64,000 nucleotides of DNA from NCBI GenBank assembly GCA_036337765.1, contig JAYZDP010000104.1, positions 3,764-67,763 of the forward strand, given 5' to 3'. Positions 10,294 to 21,481 of the stretch are shown here, piece after piece. Origin of the DNA: Acidobacteriota bacterium (lineage in GTDB: Bacteria; Acidobacteriota; Thermoanaerobaculia; Multivoradales; Multivoraceae). The position numbers and the translations under genes were made by a program. A model generated the notes under the pieces. That model worked only from the letters and a program-made list of their open reading frames with translations. It was not told where the DNA came from and did no database searches. Position 1 is the first letter of the stretch, and each line of letters begins with the position of its first letter.

Positions 10294-11730
10294 TTAGCGC
10301 CGTGCTGCGACCCGTCGCCAGTAGCCCTCGAGCTCGTCCTTGACCTTGGGCGCGAGCATGTAGAGGCCAAGGACGTTGGCCAGCGCCATGGCGAAGACCA
10401 TCGCGTCTGAAAAATCGATCACTGCCTGCAGCTGGATCGTGCAGCCGAGGACGACGAACAGGCAAAAGACAGTGTTGTAGATCGTCTTCGAGCGCGGCGA
10501 GTGACCGAAGAGGTAGATGAAGCCCTCGAGGCCGTAGTACGACCACGAGATCATCGTCGAGAATGCGAAGAGCATGACGACGACGGCGAGTGGATACGGG
10601 AACCACGAGATCACCGACTCGAAGGCCGACGACGTCAACTCGACGCCGGAGACGGTCACCTCCGCCATGCCCGGCTCCCAGACGGTCAGGGTGATGACCA
10701 GCCCTGTGATCGTGCAGATGACGACGGTGTCGATGAAAGGCTCGAGGACCGCGACTAGCCCTTCGGTGACCGGCTCTTTGGTTCGTACCGCCGAGTGGGC
10801 GATGGAGGCCGAGCCGATCCCGGCCTCGTTGGAGAAGGCGGCTCGCCGGAAGCCCAGGATCAGGACCGCGATCGCTCCGCCCGCGATTCCTTCGGGGCGG
10901 AAGGCGCCGGTGACGATCGCCTCAATGGCGAAGGGCAGCTTCGAGGCGTTGGCGAGGATCACCACTCCCGCGGTCGCCACGTACAACAGCGCCATGAGCG
11001 GCACGAGCTTCGAGGTGACCCGGGCGATCGAGCGGATGCCGCCGATGATGACGAAGGCCACTAGCACGGCGAGGATGAGGCCGAACGCCCAGCCACGCTC
11101 GGCGAAGAAGCTCCCCTCGCCTCCGGTGACGTTGACGAACTGCACGTAGGCCTGGTTCGACTGGAACATGCAGCCGACACCGAGACAGCCGACCATGACG
11201 CAGATCGCGTAGTAGACCGCCAAGCTCTTGCCGAGCCGTGGCAGGCCGAGCTCACGCAGGCCGGCATCGAGGTAGAACATCGGCCCGCCCGAGACCGAGC
11301 CGTCGGCGTGCTCGACGCGGTACTTGACGCCGAGGGTGCACTCGACGAACTTCGAGGACATGCCGAGTAGACCCGCGACGATGAGCCAAAACACCGCCCC
11401 GGGGCCGCCGACCGAGATGGCGATGGCGACGTGGGCGATGTTGCCCACCCCGACCGTGCCCGAAACGGCGGTGGTCAGGGCTTGAAAGTGGGTGACCTCG
11501 CCGGGATCGCTGGGGTCGGCGTCTGCTCCGCTGACCAGGCGAATGGCCTCACGGAAGCCGCGAATGCCGATGAAGCGGAAATAGATGGTGAAAAACGCCG
11601 CGCCGACGACCAGCCAGACCACGATCAGCTGCAGGTCGGAACCGCCGACCGGAATCGAGAAGAAGACGAGGTCGGAGAAGCGCTGAGCCAGAGGCGCAAA
11701 GAGGGCGTTGATGCGCTCGTCGATCGACAC
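10294..11730 (-). CDS. Alanine or glycine:cation (Na+) symporter, AGCS family
   Basis: 478 aa, multi-TM. N-terminal region [42 protein letters not shown] and segment [31 protein letters not shown] are characteristic of AGCS transporters. Confidence 0.9.
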   Translation of the reverse strand: MSIDERINALFAPLAQRFSDLVFFSIPVGGSDLQLIVVWLVVGAAFFTIYFRFIGIRGFREAIRLVSGADADPSDPGEVTHFQALTTAVSGTVGVGNIAHVAIAISVGGPGAVFWLIVAGLLGMSSKFVECTLGVKYRVEHADGSVSGGPMFYLDAGLRELGLPRLGKSLAVYYAICVMVGCLGVGCMFQSNQAYVQFVNVTGGEGSFFAERGWAFGLILAVLVAFVIIGGIRSIARVTSKLVPLMALLYVATAGVVILANASKLPFAIEAIVTGAFRPEGIAGGAIAVLILGFRRAAFSNEAGIGSASIAHSAVRTKEPVTEGLVAVLEPFIDTVVICTITGLVITLTVWEPGMAEVTVSGVELTSSAFESVISWFPYPLAVVVMLFAFSTMISWSYYGLEGFIYLFGHSPRSKTIYNTVFCLFVVLGCTIQLQAVIDFSDAMVFAMALANVLGLYMLAPKVKDELEGYWRRVAARR

Positions 11731-12890
11731 CTAGTCGGAGTCCGGAACCTCGAGACGCACTTCGGCCTTCCGCTCGTCGCGCCCGCGGAGGTAGGTGACC
11801 TCGACGCGGTCGCCCTCCTCCTTCCTCTCGAGAAGCAGGGTCAGGTCTTCCCGGCTGCGCACGGGCTCGCCGTCGATCGCAGTGATGATGTCGCCGAGGA
11901 GCACTCGGCCGCGGCGGTCGCGGCGAAGCGGCTGCAGGCCGGCTCGGTCGGCGGGCCCGTCGGGCTCGACGCGTACGAAGATCACTCCCTCGATGCCGGC
12001 GCGCTTCGCGGTGGTGTCGGGACCCGGGTAGATGCCGAGCGCGGGCCGGTGGATCTCGCCGTGCTCGATCAGGTCCGGCACCACCCATCGCACGGTGTCG
12101 ACCGGAATGGCGAAGCCGATGCCGGCCGAGGCGCCGCTCGGGCTGTAGATCTGGGTGTTGACGCCGACGAGGCGGCCGAAGCTATCGAGAAGCGGCCCCC
12201 CCGAGTTGCCGGGGTTGATCGCGGCGTCGGTCTGGATCACGTCCTCGATGCGCGTGCGCTGGGGGTCGAGCGACTGGATCTCACGACCTAGCGCGCTGAT
12301 GACGCCGGTCGTCAAGGTGTGGTCGAGGCCGAACGGGTTGCCGATCGCGAAGACGCTCTGGCCGACCAGGAGATCCGAGGAGCTGCCAACGGGGAGCGCG
12401 GCGACCTGGTTGGCTGGAGCCTCGATCTTGAGCACCGCCAGGTCCTTCTCGCGGGCGACTCCGACCAGGGTCGCGGGCCACGACGACTGATCGCCGAGGG
12501 TCACGTGGGCGCGGTCCGCCCCCTGGATGACGTGGTAGTTGGTAACGATGTGACCCTGGTCGTCCCACACGAAGCCCGAGCCGGCGCCCGAGGGCACCGC
12601 ATAATCGCTCATCGTGAAGTAATCGCGACGCACGTCGACCGTCGTGATGTAGACGACCGAAGGCGAGGCCTCACGGAAGAGATCGACGGTCGCCTGCTCG
12701 GCCGCCTGCAGAGCGCCGCGCGGCGCTACGTCTGGCGTGGCCGCGGCGTTCGAGGCGTCCTCGGTCGGTTCTGTCGGACCCGGCTCCGCCTTGGGAAGCT
12801 CAACCCCGCTGCGCCAGAGCAGACCGGCGTAGAGGAGTAGGGCCACCAGGAGGGCGAAGACGAAGAAACGAGCGGGCGCGTGCTCTCTCA
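11731..12890 (-). CDS. HtrA/DegP-family trypsin-like serine protease with C-terminal PDZ domain. Start taken at MREHAPARFF (ATG 12890), not at the upstream ORF limit 13476.
   Basis: Catalytic triad context TNYHVI (His), DLAVLKI (Asp), GNSGGPLLD (Ser). N-terminal TM/signal FFVFALLVALLLYAGLLW. PDZ-like C-terminus. The upstream in-frame extension to 13476 is low-complexity S/P/R-rich and unlikely to be translated. Confidence 0.85.
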
Positions 12891-12940
12891 TGACGGTGTG
12901 CCGTCGACGGATGTCGTCGGACTGGGGGTAGTCTAGCCCC

Positions 12941-14533
12941 ATGCGCGAGCTTCGTCTCGGGGGTTTGCAGGCTCGGCTCCCGTGTCCGATCGCGTCAGCT
13001 GTCGAGGCCGAGCTCGTGGATTGGGACCGGGTCGACGGCACCCGGAGGCTGCTTGCCGGTGATGCATCGCTGTGGTCGGGCTGCGACGAGGCGGAGTGGC
13101 TCGGTTGGCTCGAGCCCGGTGCCGGCTGCGATACCGAAGCCTTCCGCCAGTGGCGCCACACCGCGGCCGGAGCCGGCTGGTCGAGGGTCGTGCTTCTGGG
13201 AATGGGCGGATCGAGCCTCGGGGCGCGGCTCCTGTGTGAGGGGGCACATTCGGTGCCGGGGCCTCGGGGCGCCGGTGCGCGTACGCTGGTAGTTCTCGAT
13301 ACGACCGATGCGGAAGAGATCGCCAGTGCTCGCGGCGAGCTCGACCTCGAGACCACGCTGTTCGTCGTGGCATCGAAGTCCGGCACCACGGTCGAGACCG
13401 TCTCGCTGGAGGCGTACTTCGTGGCCGAGATGGAATCGTCAGGCCTCGATGTCGGGCCGCGCGTGCTCGCCATCACCGACCCAGGGACCGAGCTCGCGAC
13501 GCGCGCGGTCGAGCGCGGCTATCACCTGCTTTATGGCCGGGCCGATATCGGTGGGCGGTTCTCGGCCCTCAGTCCTTTTGGATTGGGGGTCTTGATAGCG
13601 ATGGGCGTCGAGCCCGATTCTGTGGTCGCGGCCGCCCGACTCGCGCGGTCGGAGCTCGCCGAGGGAGCCGCGGCTGGCAACGATCCGGGGCTCGCGCTGG
13701 GTGCCGTTCTCGGTGCCTTGGCCAAGCTTGGTCACGACCTCGTGGAGATCGTGCCGCCCGCGGCCGTGCCGTCGCTCGCCGATTGGCTCGAGCAGCTTCT
13801 CGCCGAATCGACCGGCAAAGAGGGCGGGGGAATCCTCCCGATACGGTGCGGCGATGGCACTGCCCACGCCGGCCTGGTAGCCGCGTTGTGGAACGGGCGC
13901 CAAGTCGCCGACCGGGTCGGCGAGGTGCGCTCAGACTGGAAGGGCCCCCACTCCGAAGCCCTTGGCCGAGAGATCTTCAGATGGCAGGTCGCGACCGCGG
14001 TAGCCGGCTCGATCCTCGGTGTGAACCCGTTCGACCAGGCCGACGTCGACAGCGCCAAGGTGGCGGCGCACGAGCGTCTCTCGCGGCGCAGGGATCTCTC
14101 GCCGCGGGTCGTGCCGACGACGGATGCGCTCGCACGGCTGGTGGCCGGGAGCTCCGCCTCGCGCCATGTCGGTGTGCTCGCCTACCTGCCGCGCACGGCG
14201 GAGATTGTCGCGGGGGTAGAGAAAGTGCGCAAGGCGATGACCGATGCGACCGGGCGCCCCGTTACCGCGAGCTTTGGGCCACGCTATCTCCATTCCGCCG
14301 GTCAGCTGTTCAAGGGAGGCACTCCCGGGGCGTTCCTCTTCATCACCCGCCGTGGTGCTCCGTGCGTCCTCGTCCCCGGAAGCGGTGTCACCTTCGACCA
14401 GCTGCAGGCGGCGCAGGCTTCGGGCGACCTCGCCGTGCTGGCGGAGCGCGGTCGGCCGGTAGAAGCCATCGAGCTTTCGGGAGAGCTCACGGCCGGCTTG
14501 GACGACATCGCATCCCGCCTGCGCCAGCTCTGA
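12941..14533 (+). CDS. pgi: Glucose-6-phosphate isomerase
   Basis: SIS-domain signature VVLLGMGGSSLGARLL and the PGI signature ADIGGRFSALSPFG. About 530 aa. Confidence 0.8.
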   Translation: MRELRLGGLQARLPCPIASAVEAELVDWDRVDGTRRLLAGDASLWSGCDEAEWLGWLEPGAGCDTEAFRQWRHTAAGAGWSRVVLLGMGGSSLGARLLCEGAHSVPGPRGAGARTLVVLDTTDAEEIASARGELDLETTLFVVASKSGTTVETVSLEAYFVAEMESSGLDVGPRVLAITDPGTELATRAVERGYHLLYGRADIGGRFSALSPFGLGVLIAMGVEPDSVVAAARLARSELAEGAAAGNDPGLALGAVLGALAKLGHDLVEIVPPAAVPSLADWLEQLLAESTGKEGGGILPIRCGDGTAHAGLVAALWNGRQVADRVGEVRSDWKGPHSEALGREIFRWQVATAVAGSILGVNPFDQADVDSAKVAAHERLSRRRDLSPRVVPTTDALARLVAGSSASRHVGVLAYLPRTAEIVAGVEKVRKAMTDATGRPVTASFGPRYLHSAGQLFKGGTPGAFLFITRRGAPCVLVPGSGVTFDQLQAAQASGDLAVLAERGRPVEAIELSGELTAGLDDIASRLRQL

Positions 14534-14611
14534 GTCGGTAGCTGCGGGGGTCGCGCTATGAGCGTTCCACCATCTCGACGCCCTACCCGTCATGACCTAC
14601 CGCGACCCCCG

Positions 14612-16954
14612 CTACCAGAGCTCTAGCTGGGTGTCGTCGCCGATGACCTTTTCGAACTTGAGGCCGAGCAGGTCGAGGAGCGGCGTGGTGATGGGGCGGA
14701 TCTGCTTGTCGACGTAGTGCTCGTAGTCGAACGGCGACTTGCGCTCTCGTGCGGGCTCCGGGCCGTCGCTGGTGATCACGTAGTCGATCAGCGTCCCCGG
14801 GGGCCCCTTCATCTTGCGTGCGGCGGCGACATGGGGTGGAGTGGTGGCCGTGTATTCGCGCAGGTCCTTGCGCAGCGCCTTGCGGTAGACGAGCTGCTCG
14901 TCGAGCTGGCCGGTGCGCACGGCATCGACCGTCGAGCAAAGGTAGTCCTCGAATGGGCGGTCGTGGAAGAAGCGCTCGTAGAGCTCCTTCTGCATCTGTC
15001 GGGCGAGGTCGGTCCAGTCGCGGCGTACCACCTCCATGCCGGTGAAGACCACGCCGTTGTCTTCGGTGAGACCGACGTAGTGCTTCATCGCACCGCCCTC
15101 GCCGTGGCGCTTGCGTGGGAAAAGAATGCGCAGGTACAGGCGTTCGAACTCGAGCTCGAGCCGGCTCGTCACCCCCCACGTGTCGTGAACATGCGCGACG
15201 AGTCGGCGATTGAGGTCCTCGGCGAGGTGACGGCCGAGCTCGTGAGCGGCTTCTGGCGTCGATTCCGCGGAGCGGACAAACAGGCTGTCGGTGTCGCCGT
15301 AGAGCACGTCGAGGCCCTTGTCCTGCACGACGCCTTTCGCCCACATCAGGATCTCGCGCCCGAAGCTGGTGATGGCGGCCGCGAGCTTGGGGTTATAGAA
15401 CCGGCAGACAGGCGTGCCGAGCACGCCATAGAAGGAGTTCATGAGGATCTTGATGGCCTGGCTCGAGACGGCGTCGCCGCGCTCTTTGGCGTCTTCGCGC
15501 TTGACGAAAAGGCCGTCTAGGAGATCCGAGAGAATGCCCTTCTGCTTGCGAAAGATGGCTCCGTTCGGAGCCACTACCACTTCGTCCGATTGTGCGCCCT
15601 CGCCAGAGGGCAGCAGGTCAGAGCCAAGGTAGCCCAGCGGGTCGATCTCGAAGGTGCGAATGATGGACGGATACAGGCTCTTGTAGTCGAACACCAAGAC
15701 GTTGTCGTAGACCCCCGCGTCGGGCTGCAGGACCGTGCCGCCGAAGTCGTCGGATTCGAAGGTCCCGGCTCCGACGCTCGGCGCCGTGCGCCCGCGCCGC
15801 GACAGCTCCGACAGGTAGAGAAAGTCGAACGAAGCGATGGCCGCCGAGACCCGGTCGAGCGGCATGCCGGTCAAAAGGCTGCGCTCCAGCGACAGCGTCA
15901 CCAGGTCGAGCTTGTCGAGGATGTCGAGTACCAGCCTGGCGTCCTTGAGGTTGTACTCCACGAACGCCGCCCGCTCCTCGCGGTACGTGCGCAGGATCTC
16001 GCCGACTCGGTCGCTACCGTGGATGGTCTTGCCCTCGCCGAGCACCTTGTTAGATACCGAGTCGAGGCTGTAGCTCTCCATGCGAATGAAGGCGCCGCGC
16101 AGCAGGCGCACTCCGTCGAGTACGACTCGGCCGGGGATGGTGGCCTGTTCGGCGGCCCGGTCGCGACCGCCGGAGCCCTCACGGGGCACGAACAGGCGCA
16201 CGTCACCTGGCGCTCGTCCGATCTCAAGGCGCACGCCAACCGCACGCGAGCGCTGAACCAGGAAGTGGAGGTCGAAACCGATGACGTTCCAGCCGGTGAT
16301 GATGTCCGGATCCAGCTCTCGGATGCGTACACAGAGCTGGCGCAGGAGGTCCGCTTCGCTACGGTAGCTGGTGCCGAGGCCCGGACCGGCGGGCATCTCG
16401 GGGTCGACCACCATGACCTCTTCCGTGCCGCATCCGCTGAGCGCCGCCGACAGCAGCCGGTTGCGGTATGGGTCGGTCTCGATATCGATCGAGAGGATCG
16501 TCAGCGCGGGACGCGCGATCGCGGGCTCGAGGTCGGGGTTGTGAAACACCAGATCGACACCGGCACCCTCCACCGGCTGTCCGTGGATCGCCACCGCGGA
16601 CCTGATCTGCCGATCGATCAGCGGCCGGAGCGCGAAGCGCACGTCGGCTTCGAGGCACTCGATGCCAGCCCCCACCAGCCGGTCTCGTAGCGGCGGTACG
16701 TCGGATGGTTTCGGGGCCTCGACGCGCAACAGCTTTGCGCCACCCAGATCGACGCGCGGTGTTGGCAGCAGGGACGTGGCCCCGAGCGCACGCGCGCGCG
16801 CGTCGGCGCCGCGGGGGATGAAGAAGTGCGGCCGCTGGCGGTCGTCACGGACCAGGAAGGTCTTACCGCTGTCGAGCTTTCCGAACAGATGAACGACCGG
16901 ACGTTCGTTCTCGATGCGGTAGGTGGGCTGGAGGATCAGGCCGCGCGCGACCAT
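14612..16954 (-). CDS. polB: DNA polymerase II (family B, PolB)
   Basis: 780 aa. Exonuclease region followed by the family-B polymerase motifs DxxSLYPSII and YGDTDSLFV (motif C). The N-terminus (MVARGLILQPTYRIE...) resembles bacterial Pol II. Confidence 0.9.
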   Translation of the reverse strand: MVARGLILQPTYRIENERPVVHLFGKLDSGKTFLVRDDRQRPHFFIPRGADARARALGATSLLPTPRVDLGGAKLLRVEAPKPSDVPPLRDRLVGAGIECLEADVRFALRPLIDRQIRSAVAIHGQPVEGAGVDLVFHNPDLEPAIARPALTILSIDIETDPYRNRLLSAALSGCGTEEVMVVDPEMPAGPGLGTSYRSEADLLRQLCVRIRELDPDIITGWNVIGFDLHFLVQRSRAVGVRLEIGRAPGDVRLFVPREGSGGRDRAAEQATIPGRVVLDGVRLLRGAFIRMESYSLDSVSNKVLGEGKTIHGSDRVGEILRTYREERAAFVEYNLKDARLVLDILDKLDLVTLSLERSLLTGMPLDRVSAAIASFDFLYLSELSRRGRTAPSVGAGTFESDDFGGTVLQPDAGVYDNVLVFDYKSLYPSIIRTFEIDPLGYLGSDLLPSGEGAQSDEVVVAPNGAIFRKQKGILSDLLDGLFVKREDAKERGDAVSSQAIKILMNSFYGVLGTPVCRFYNPKLAAAITSFGREILMWAKGVVQDKGLDVLYGDTDSLFVRSAESTPEAAHELGRHLAEDLNRRLVAHVHDTWGVTSRLELEFERLYLRILFPRKRHGEGGAMKHYVGLTEDNGVVFTGMEVVRRDWTDLARQMQKELYERFFHDRPFEDYLCSTVDAVRTGQLDEQLVYRKALRKDLREYTATTPPHVAAARKMKGPPGTLIDYVITSDGPEPARERKSPFDYEHYVDKQIRPITTPLLDLLGLKFEKVIGDDTQLELW

Positions 16955-17013
16955 GGTCGCATCCTAGCGACTCGCCGCGGACACCGCTCGCCGGGGTCAT
17001 CGTCTAGACCCCG

Positions 17014-17250
17014 CTACGGAAAGTACGATTCCAGATCGCCGCGCCTGCGCACGTCGAGGGTCGCGCAGTGGAACGACCCGCCGAAGGAGTTGGAATTGCG
17101 GAAAGGGCACGGGATCGGCTCGAGGCCCCAGCCGCGCACGTGCTCGACTAGCCGCTGTAGGCAGCGCAGCTGGAAGGCCGCGATCTCGGCCGGCGACCGG
17201 CGAGCGCCGACAAACAAGGTCCACAGAGCAGCGGAGTCAGGGTTGTGCAT
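17014..17250 (-). pseudogene. C-terminal fragment (78 codons) of an amidinotransferase-superfamily gene (glycine/inosamine amidinotransferase-like). The upstream 300 codons are absent.
   Basis: The ORF ends ...NSFGGSFHCATLDVRRRGDLESYFP-stop. This resembles the catalytic-cysteine C-terminus of amidinotransferases (GGxFHCxTxDxRRRG). It starts 16 nt after the TraB gene stop, so there is no room for the rest of a 350-aa enzyme. Confidence 0.4.
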
Positions 17251-17265
17251 GGTCCGCGGGAGCGG

Positions 17266-18456
17266 TCAGAGAGTGCGGGCCGCGATCAGGGTGCCGGCGA
17301 TGAAGGTGCCGAGCGTGCTCCCGAGGTTGGCGAGTACCACGACCAGCAGGATGCGGGTGACATGGTTGCGCCAGAAGCCTCCGAACGAGGTGATCGCCTC
17401 AGGAAGGTCCTCGAGATCCTCGACCGTGGGGTTCTTGATCCAGGCCTGCACCAGGCCGGCCACCCAGCCGGCTGCGATGAAGGGGTTGAGACTCGTGAGC
17501 GGCGCCGCCACGAACGCCGAAACGACGGTGAGGGGGTGACCCAGGGCGAACGCTACTCCGAGTGCCGAAAGCCCGCCGTTGATCAGAACCCACAGGGCGA
17601 GCGACTCCTGCGACTTGTCGGCACCGCCGGTCACGAAGCCCCAGATCATGAGCCCGATGATGGCCGCCGGGATGGCCCACTTCAGGATGCGGGGCGCCAG
17701 CGAAGGCTTTGGCACCAAGTCGAGCGGTCCGAGGTCGCTGTCGCCCAGGATGTGCTCGGTGATTCCCTTCACGTGACCCGCACCCACTACGGCGACCACT
17801 GTTTCCCCTGGTGCATCGCGAATTTTCTGGGCGAGGTAAACGTCGCGCTCGTCGATCAAAGTCGCCTTGGCTTGCGGTAGCTCGTTGGCGAGCATCTGCA
17901 AGGCGTCGGAGAGCCGCTCTTTCTCTTTGAGCTTCTCGATGTCTTCGGCCGAGATGTCCTCGCCGACGAAGAGTCCGGCCAGGAGCTGCGAGAACACCTT
18001 GAGCTTGGTCCAGAAACCGAGGCTTGCTCCGGTACGCCGCAGCGTGATCTCGATCGCGCGGTCGGCGAGCACCAGCTCGGCGCCGAGCTCGCCGGCCTTC
18101 TCGATGCCGGCGACCATCTCGGCGCCGGGGGTGACACCCAGCTTCTTGGCGATCCGGCGCTGAAACGACGCCATGACTAGAGAGCTCAGCAGCAGCGGCG
18201 CCTTGCCCTCCCTCAGTACCTTGAGAATGTTGAGCTTCCGCCAGCTGTCGGGGTCGATCAGGCCCTGGTGCCGCGAGGCACACAGCTCGACACACACCGT
18301 GTTGGGCGCGACCTCGTCTATCGTCTGCTCGACGTCTATGACGCTTTGCTTGGACACGTGGGCAGTGCCCACCAGCAGGATCCGTCGGCCGTCGAGCTCA
18401 AGCTCGGTGACGGTGTCGGGAAGGCTCGTTTGAGACGGGGGGCTCGATTGGACCAT
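17266..18456 (-). CDS. TraB/PrgY (GumN-like) family protein with C-terminal TM region
   Basis: N-terminus VTELELDGRRILLVGTAHVSKQSVIDVEQTIDEVAPNTVCVELCASR is the TraB-family signature (GTAH...VELD/C). C-terminal hydrophobic helices. Confidence 0.75.
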   Translation of the reverse strand: MVQSSPPSQTSLPDTVTELELDGRRILLVGTAHVSKQSVIDVEQTIDEVAPNTVCVELCASRHQGLIDPDSWRKLNILKVLREGKAPLLLSSLVMASFQRRIAKKLGVTPGAEMVAGIEKAGELGAELVLADRAIEITLRRTGASLGFWTKLKVFSQLLAGLFVGEDISAEDIEKLKEKERLSDALQMLANELPQAKATLIDERDVYLAQKIRDAPGETVVAVVGAGHVKGITEHILGDSDLGPLDLVPKPSLAPRILKWAIPAAIIGLMIWGFVTGGADKSQESLALWVLINGGLSALGVAFALGHPLTVVSAFVAAPLTSLNPFIAAGWVAGLVQAWIKNPTVEDLEDLPEAITSFGGFWRNHVTRILLVVVLANLGSTLGTFIAGTLIAARTL

Positions 18457-18526
18457 GACTCATCGCGCGCCAGGGCTTCGGGGACGGCGGCTGGCGATCG
18501 TACCGAAAAGGAGGGGCCGAGGTGCA

Positions 18527-20244
18527 TGGTAAAGTCCGCGCGGCCGCGGGACCTGCCTCAAACCCCTATGAAACGGAGACTTGTCGCTTTCCTGATGACG
18601 GCCGCGGGAGTGGCCGTTCTCTCGGCTGGAGTGCAGGCTCTGGGCGGAACCTGGCTCACCCACGCCGAGGCGCACGAGGCGGTCAGCCGCCTTGTGCTTC
18701 GCGACTGGCAAGAGTCACGCGCCGCGCTCGCCGCGCTTGGCGGGCGTCGGGCTGGCGGGGCCGAAGCGCGCTCGGGGCAGCGCCTTGTTGACGTGCTGGT
18801 GGGCTCGGCGGAGTCCACCGCGGGCCTCGAGCTCGAAGCCGCGGAAGTACGCGGCCTGCCGATCGTCGCTCTGCTGCAACGTGCGCTCTCTGAGGAGCGC
18901 TACGAAGGCTGTCTACGGATGTCGGATCTGCTGGCCGAGATCGGTGCGCCGGACTTCCCGGAGTATCGGGCCGCGGCCCTCGTCGAGCTCGGCAGGGTCG
19001 ACGAGGCACGGGCGATCGAGCTGGCCGAGGAGCCGCGGACCCGCGTTCGCACCCGACTGACCCAGGCATTCTCGACGGACCTCAGTACGCTCCTCGTTCG
19101 TGATCGCAACGGTGAGCTGCTGGGCAAGACGATTCCGCAAGACGGCAGCTTCGTCGCCAACGAGGGGGTTGCCGCCGGCATCGTGCCCGCCGCGGTGTTG
19201 GCCGACGCAGAATCGCTGGGTCCGGCGCGGAGCCTGCGGCTGACCCTCGATCTCGATCTCAGCCGCCTTGCGCAAAAGGCGCTCGGCTCGTATCGCGGCA
19301 GCATGGTGGTTATCAATCCGCAGGACGGCTCGGTCCTCGCCGCCGTCAGCGACAAGCGCACCGCGCGCGACGAGGACTCGGCGGCACTGACCCAGCTCCG
19401 TGAGCCGGCCTCGATCGCCAAGCTGATTACGGTCACGGCGGCGCTTCGTGCTGGCGTCGACGTCGAGAACGTGCTGTCCGACATGGTGTGTCGCGGCTCG
19501 CTCGGCTTCCCACAGGGACCGCTGTACTGTTCCGCGATCAACGGCAAGTTACGTGGCCTCGACCGGGCGATGGCCGTGAGTTGCAACGTCGCGTTCGCCT
19601 ATCTCGGATCGATGGTCGGCCGCGAGGCCATCGTCGACGAGTTCCGGCGCTACGGCTACGACATCGAAGACGCCAACGGCTACTTCGGCCAGGTGCTCCA
19701 GCCCTGGCCTACGGAGCGCGAGCTCGGCGAGCTGTCGATAGGCCTGGAGGCCAGCGCCATCACGCCGATCCATGCGGCGCTGCAGGCGGCCACGGTGGCG
19801 AACGGCGGCTTCATGCACCGGCCCCGGCTGCACCGCGCGGCCGATACTTTCCTCGGCTTCTCCGAGCGTCTGCTGCCCGCCGAAGACGGCTGGCAGGTGA
19901 TCGAGGAGAGCTGGCAGCCGATGCTCGAGAGCGCGATGAAGGCGGTGGTCGAGCCGGGGGGTACCGCCTATCGAGTGGCGCCCAGCGACTTCCCGATCGC
20001 GCTCAAGACCGGCACGGCGTCCGAGCCGAAGACCGGCTTTCATGTCAACTACATCGGCTTCGGGCCGCTGCCAGAGGCACGTTTCGCATTCGCTGTCCGC
20101 ATCACCCACCAGCGCACGTCGCGCCGGGTACGCAACGCGGCCTACGCGGTTACCAAGCGCTTCCTGCGCAGCCTCGCCGGTTGGGACGCGGTGCACTACG
20201 TCGACGTGCCACGACCGGCGCCGGTCGCCTCGTCGGCATCCTGA
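18527..20244 (+). CDS. Penicillin-binding protein (transpeptidase domain) with an atypical helical N-terminal region. Start chosen at ATG 18527 (AGGAGG 10 nt upstream); alternative start at ATG 18569.
   Basis: Transpeptidase motifs: ASIAKLIT (SxxK), AVSCNVAF (SxN), IALKTGTA (KTG). N-terminal signal/TM KRRLVAFLMTAAGVAVLSAG. The region between the TM and the transpeptidase domain does not look like the usual PBP dimerisation domain. Confidence 0.75.
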
Positions 20245-20253
20245 CCCGAACGG

Positions 20254-21231
20254 TTGCAGATGGACATTCGCGACGACATTCTGGGTACGCTCGGCGATAC
20301 GCCACTGGTCCGACTTTCGCGCTTCGCGACCGAGGGGGCTCCGGTGGCGGCGAAGCTCGAGTCGTTCAACCCCGGTGGCAGTGTCAAGGACCGCATCGGG
20401 ATCGCGATGATCGAGGCCGCGGAAGAGGCGGGCGAGCTCGAGCCTGGGCAGATCATCTGTGAACCGACGTCGGGCAACACCGGCCTCGGCCTTGCCATGG
20501 TGGCGGCGCTCAGGGGCTACCCGTTGGTGTGCACGGCGACCGAGAAGATCTCAAGGGAAAAGGTGGCGCTGCTCGAGGCGTACGGCGCCGAAGTGGTGGT
20601 TTGCCCGTTGTCGGTGGAGAAGAAGGATCCACGCTCGTACTACAGCGTCGCTGAGCGCTACCGCGACGAGCAGGGAGCCTTTCTTCCCTACCAGTACTAC
20701 AACCAGGCCAACCCCACGGCCCACTACCGGACCACCGGCCCCGAGATCTGGCGCCAGACCGACGGCACGGTCACCCACTGGGTCGCAGGTGTGGGCACCG
20801 GCGGCACCATCAGCGGTACCGCGCGCTACCTCAAGGAGCAGAATCCCGAAGTCCGTGTCATCGGTGTCGATCCGGTGGGCAGCGTCTACGCCTACTTTCG
20901 CGAGCACGGCGAGCTGCCGCCCGCGGATCAGATCAAGAGCTATCTCATCGACGGCGTCGGCGAGGACTTCCTGCCCGAAACGGTGTGGTGGGACACGATC
21001 GACGAGGTCGTCACCGTCGACGATCGCACGGCCTATCAGGCCGCCCTCGAACTGGCCCGGATCGAGGGCTACCTGGCGGGCTCGTCGGGGGGAATGGCGG
21101 CTGCCGCGGCACGCGAGGTGGCGAAGGAGCTTGCAGCCGACGCGCTGGTAGTGACGCTCCTACCCGACTCGGGTGAGCGCTACCTCTCCAAGCTCGACCC
21201 GTCCTGGCTCGAAGAGCACGGTATCTCCTAA
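20254..21231 (+). CDS. cysK: Cysteine synthase (O-acetylserine sulfhydrylase), PLP-dependent
   Basis: PLP-lysine motif NPGGSVKDRIGIAMIEAAE. Glycine-rich loop GVGTGGTISG. 325 aa without CBS domains. Confidence 0.8.
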   Translation: MQMDIRDDILGTLGDTPLVRLSRFATEGAPVAAKLESFNPGGSVKDRIGIAMIEAAEEAGELEPGQIICEPTSGNTGLGLAMVAALRGYPLVCTATEKISREKVALLEAYGAEVVVCPLSVEKKDPRSYYSVAERYRDEQGAFLPYQYYNQANPTAHYRTTGPEIWRQTDGTVTHWVAGVGTGGTISGTARYLKEQNPEVRVIGVDPVGSVYAYFREHGELPPADQIKSYLIDGVGEDFLPETVWWDTIDEVVTVDDRTAYQAALELARIEGYLAGSSGGMAAAAAREVAKELAADALVVTLLPDSGERYLSKLDPSWLEEHGIS

Positions 21232-21481
21232 GCCCGAGGTGCGCGCTGTAGGACCAAGCGCGGTGAGGTCATCGTGGGGGCCTTCGTCGCTCACGCTCTG
21301 AATGCTCGAGAATTTGCCTCCGCTGCAGCCGGAGAAAAAGGCGGCCGCTCGTGGGTCCATGAAGAGCTACGAAAACGCCGAGCGCGAGTTCTTCGCCGAC
21401 TTGCAACTCCAGCACTGACGGGCTTTTGGCCTCAAGGTCCGGTTCGGACAGAATACACGGCTGGGTGGATCAACGAAGGCG

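Noticed and set aside
15590-16690. 366-aa plus-strand ORF
   Set aside because: Antisense to polB, which carries clear family-B polymerase motifs.
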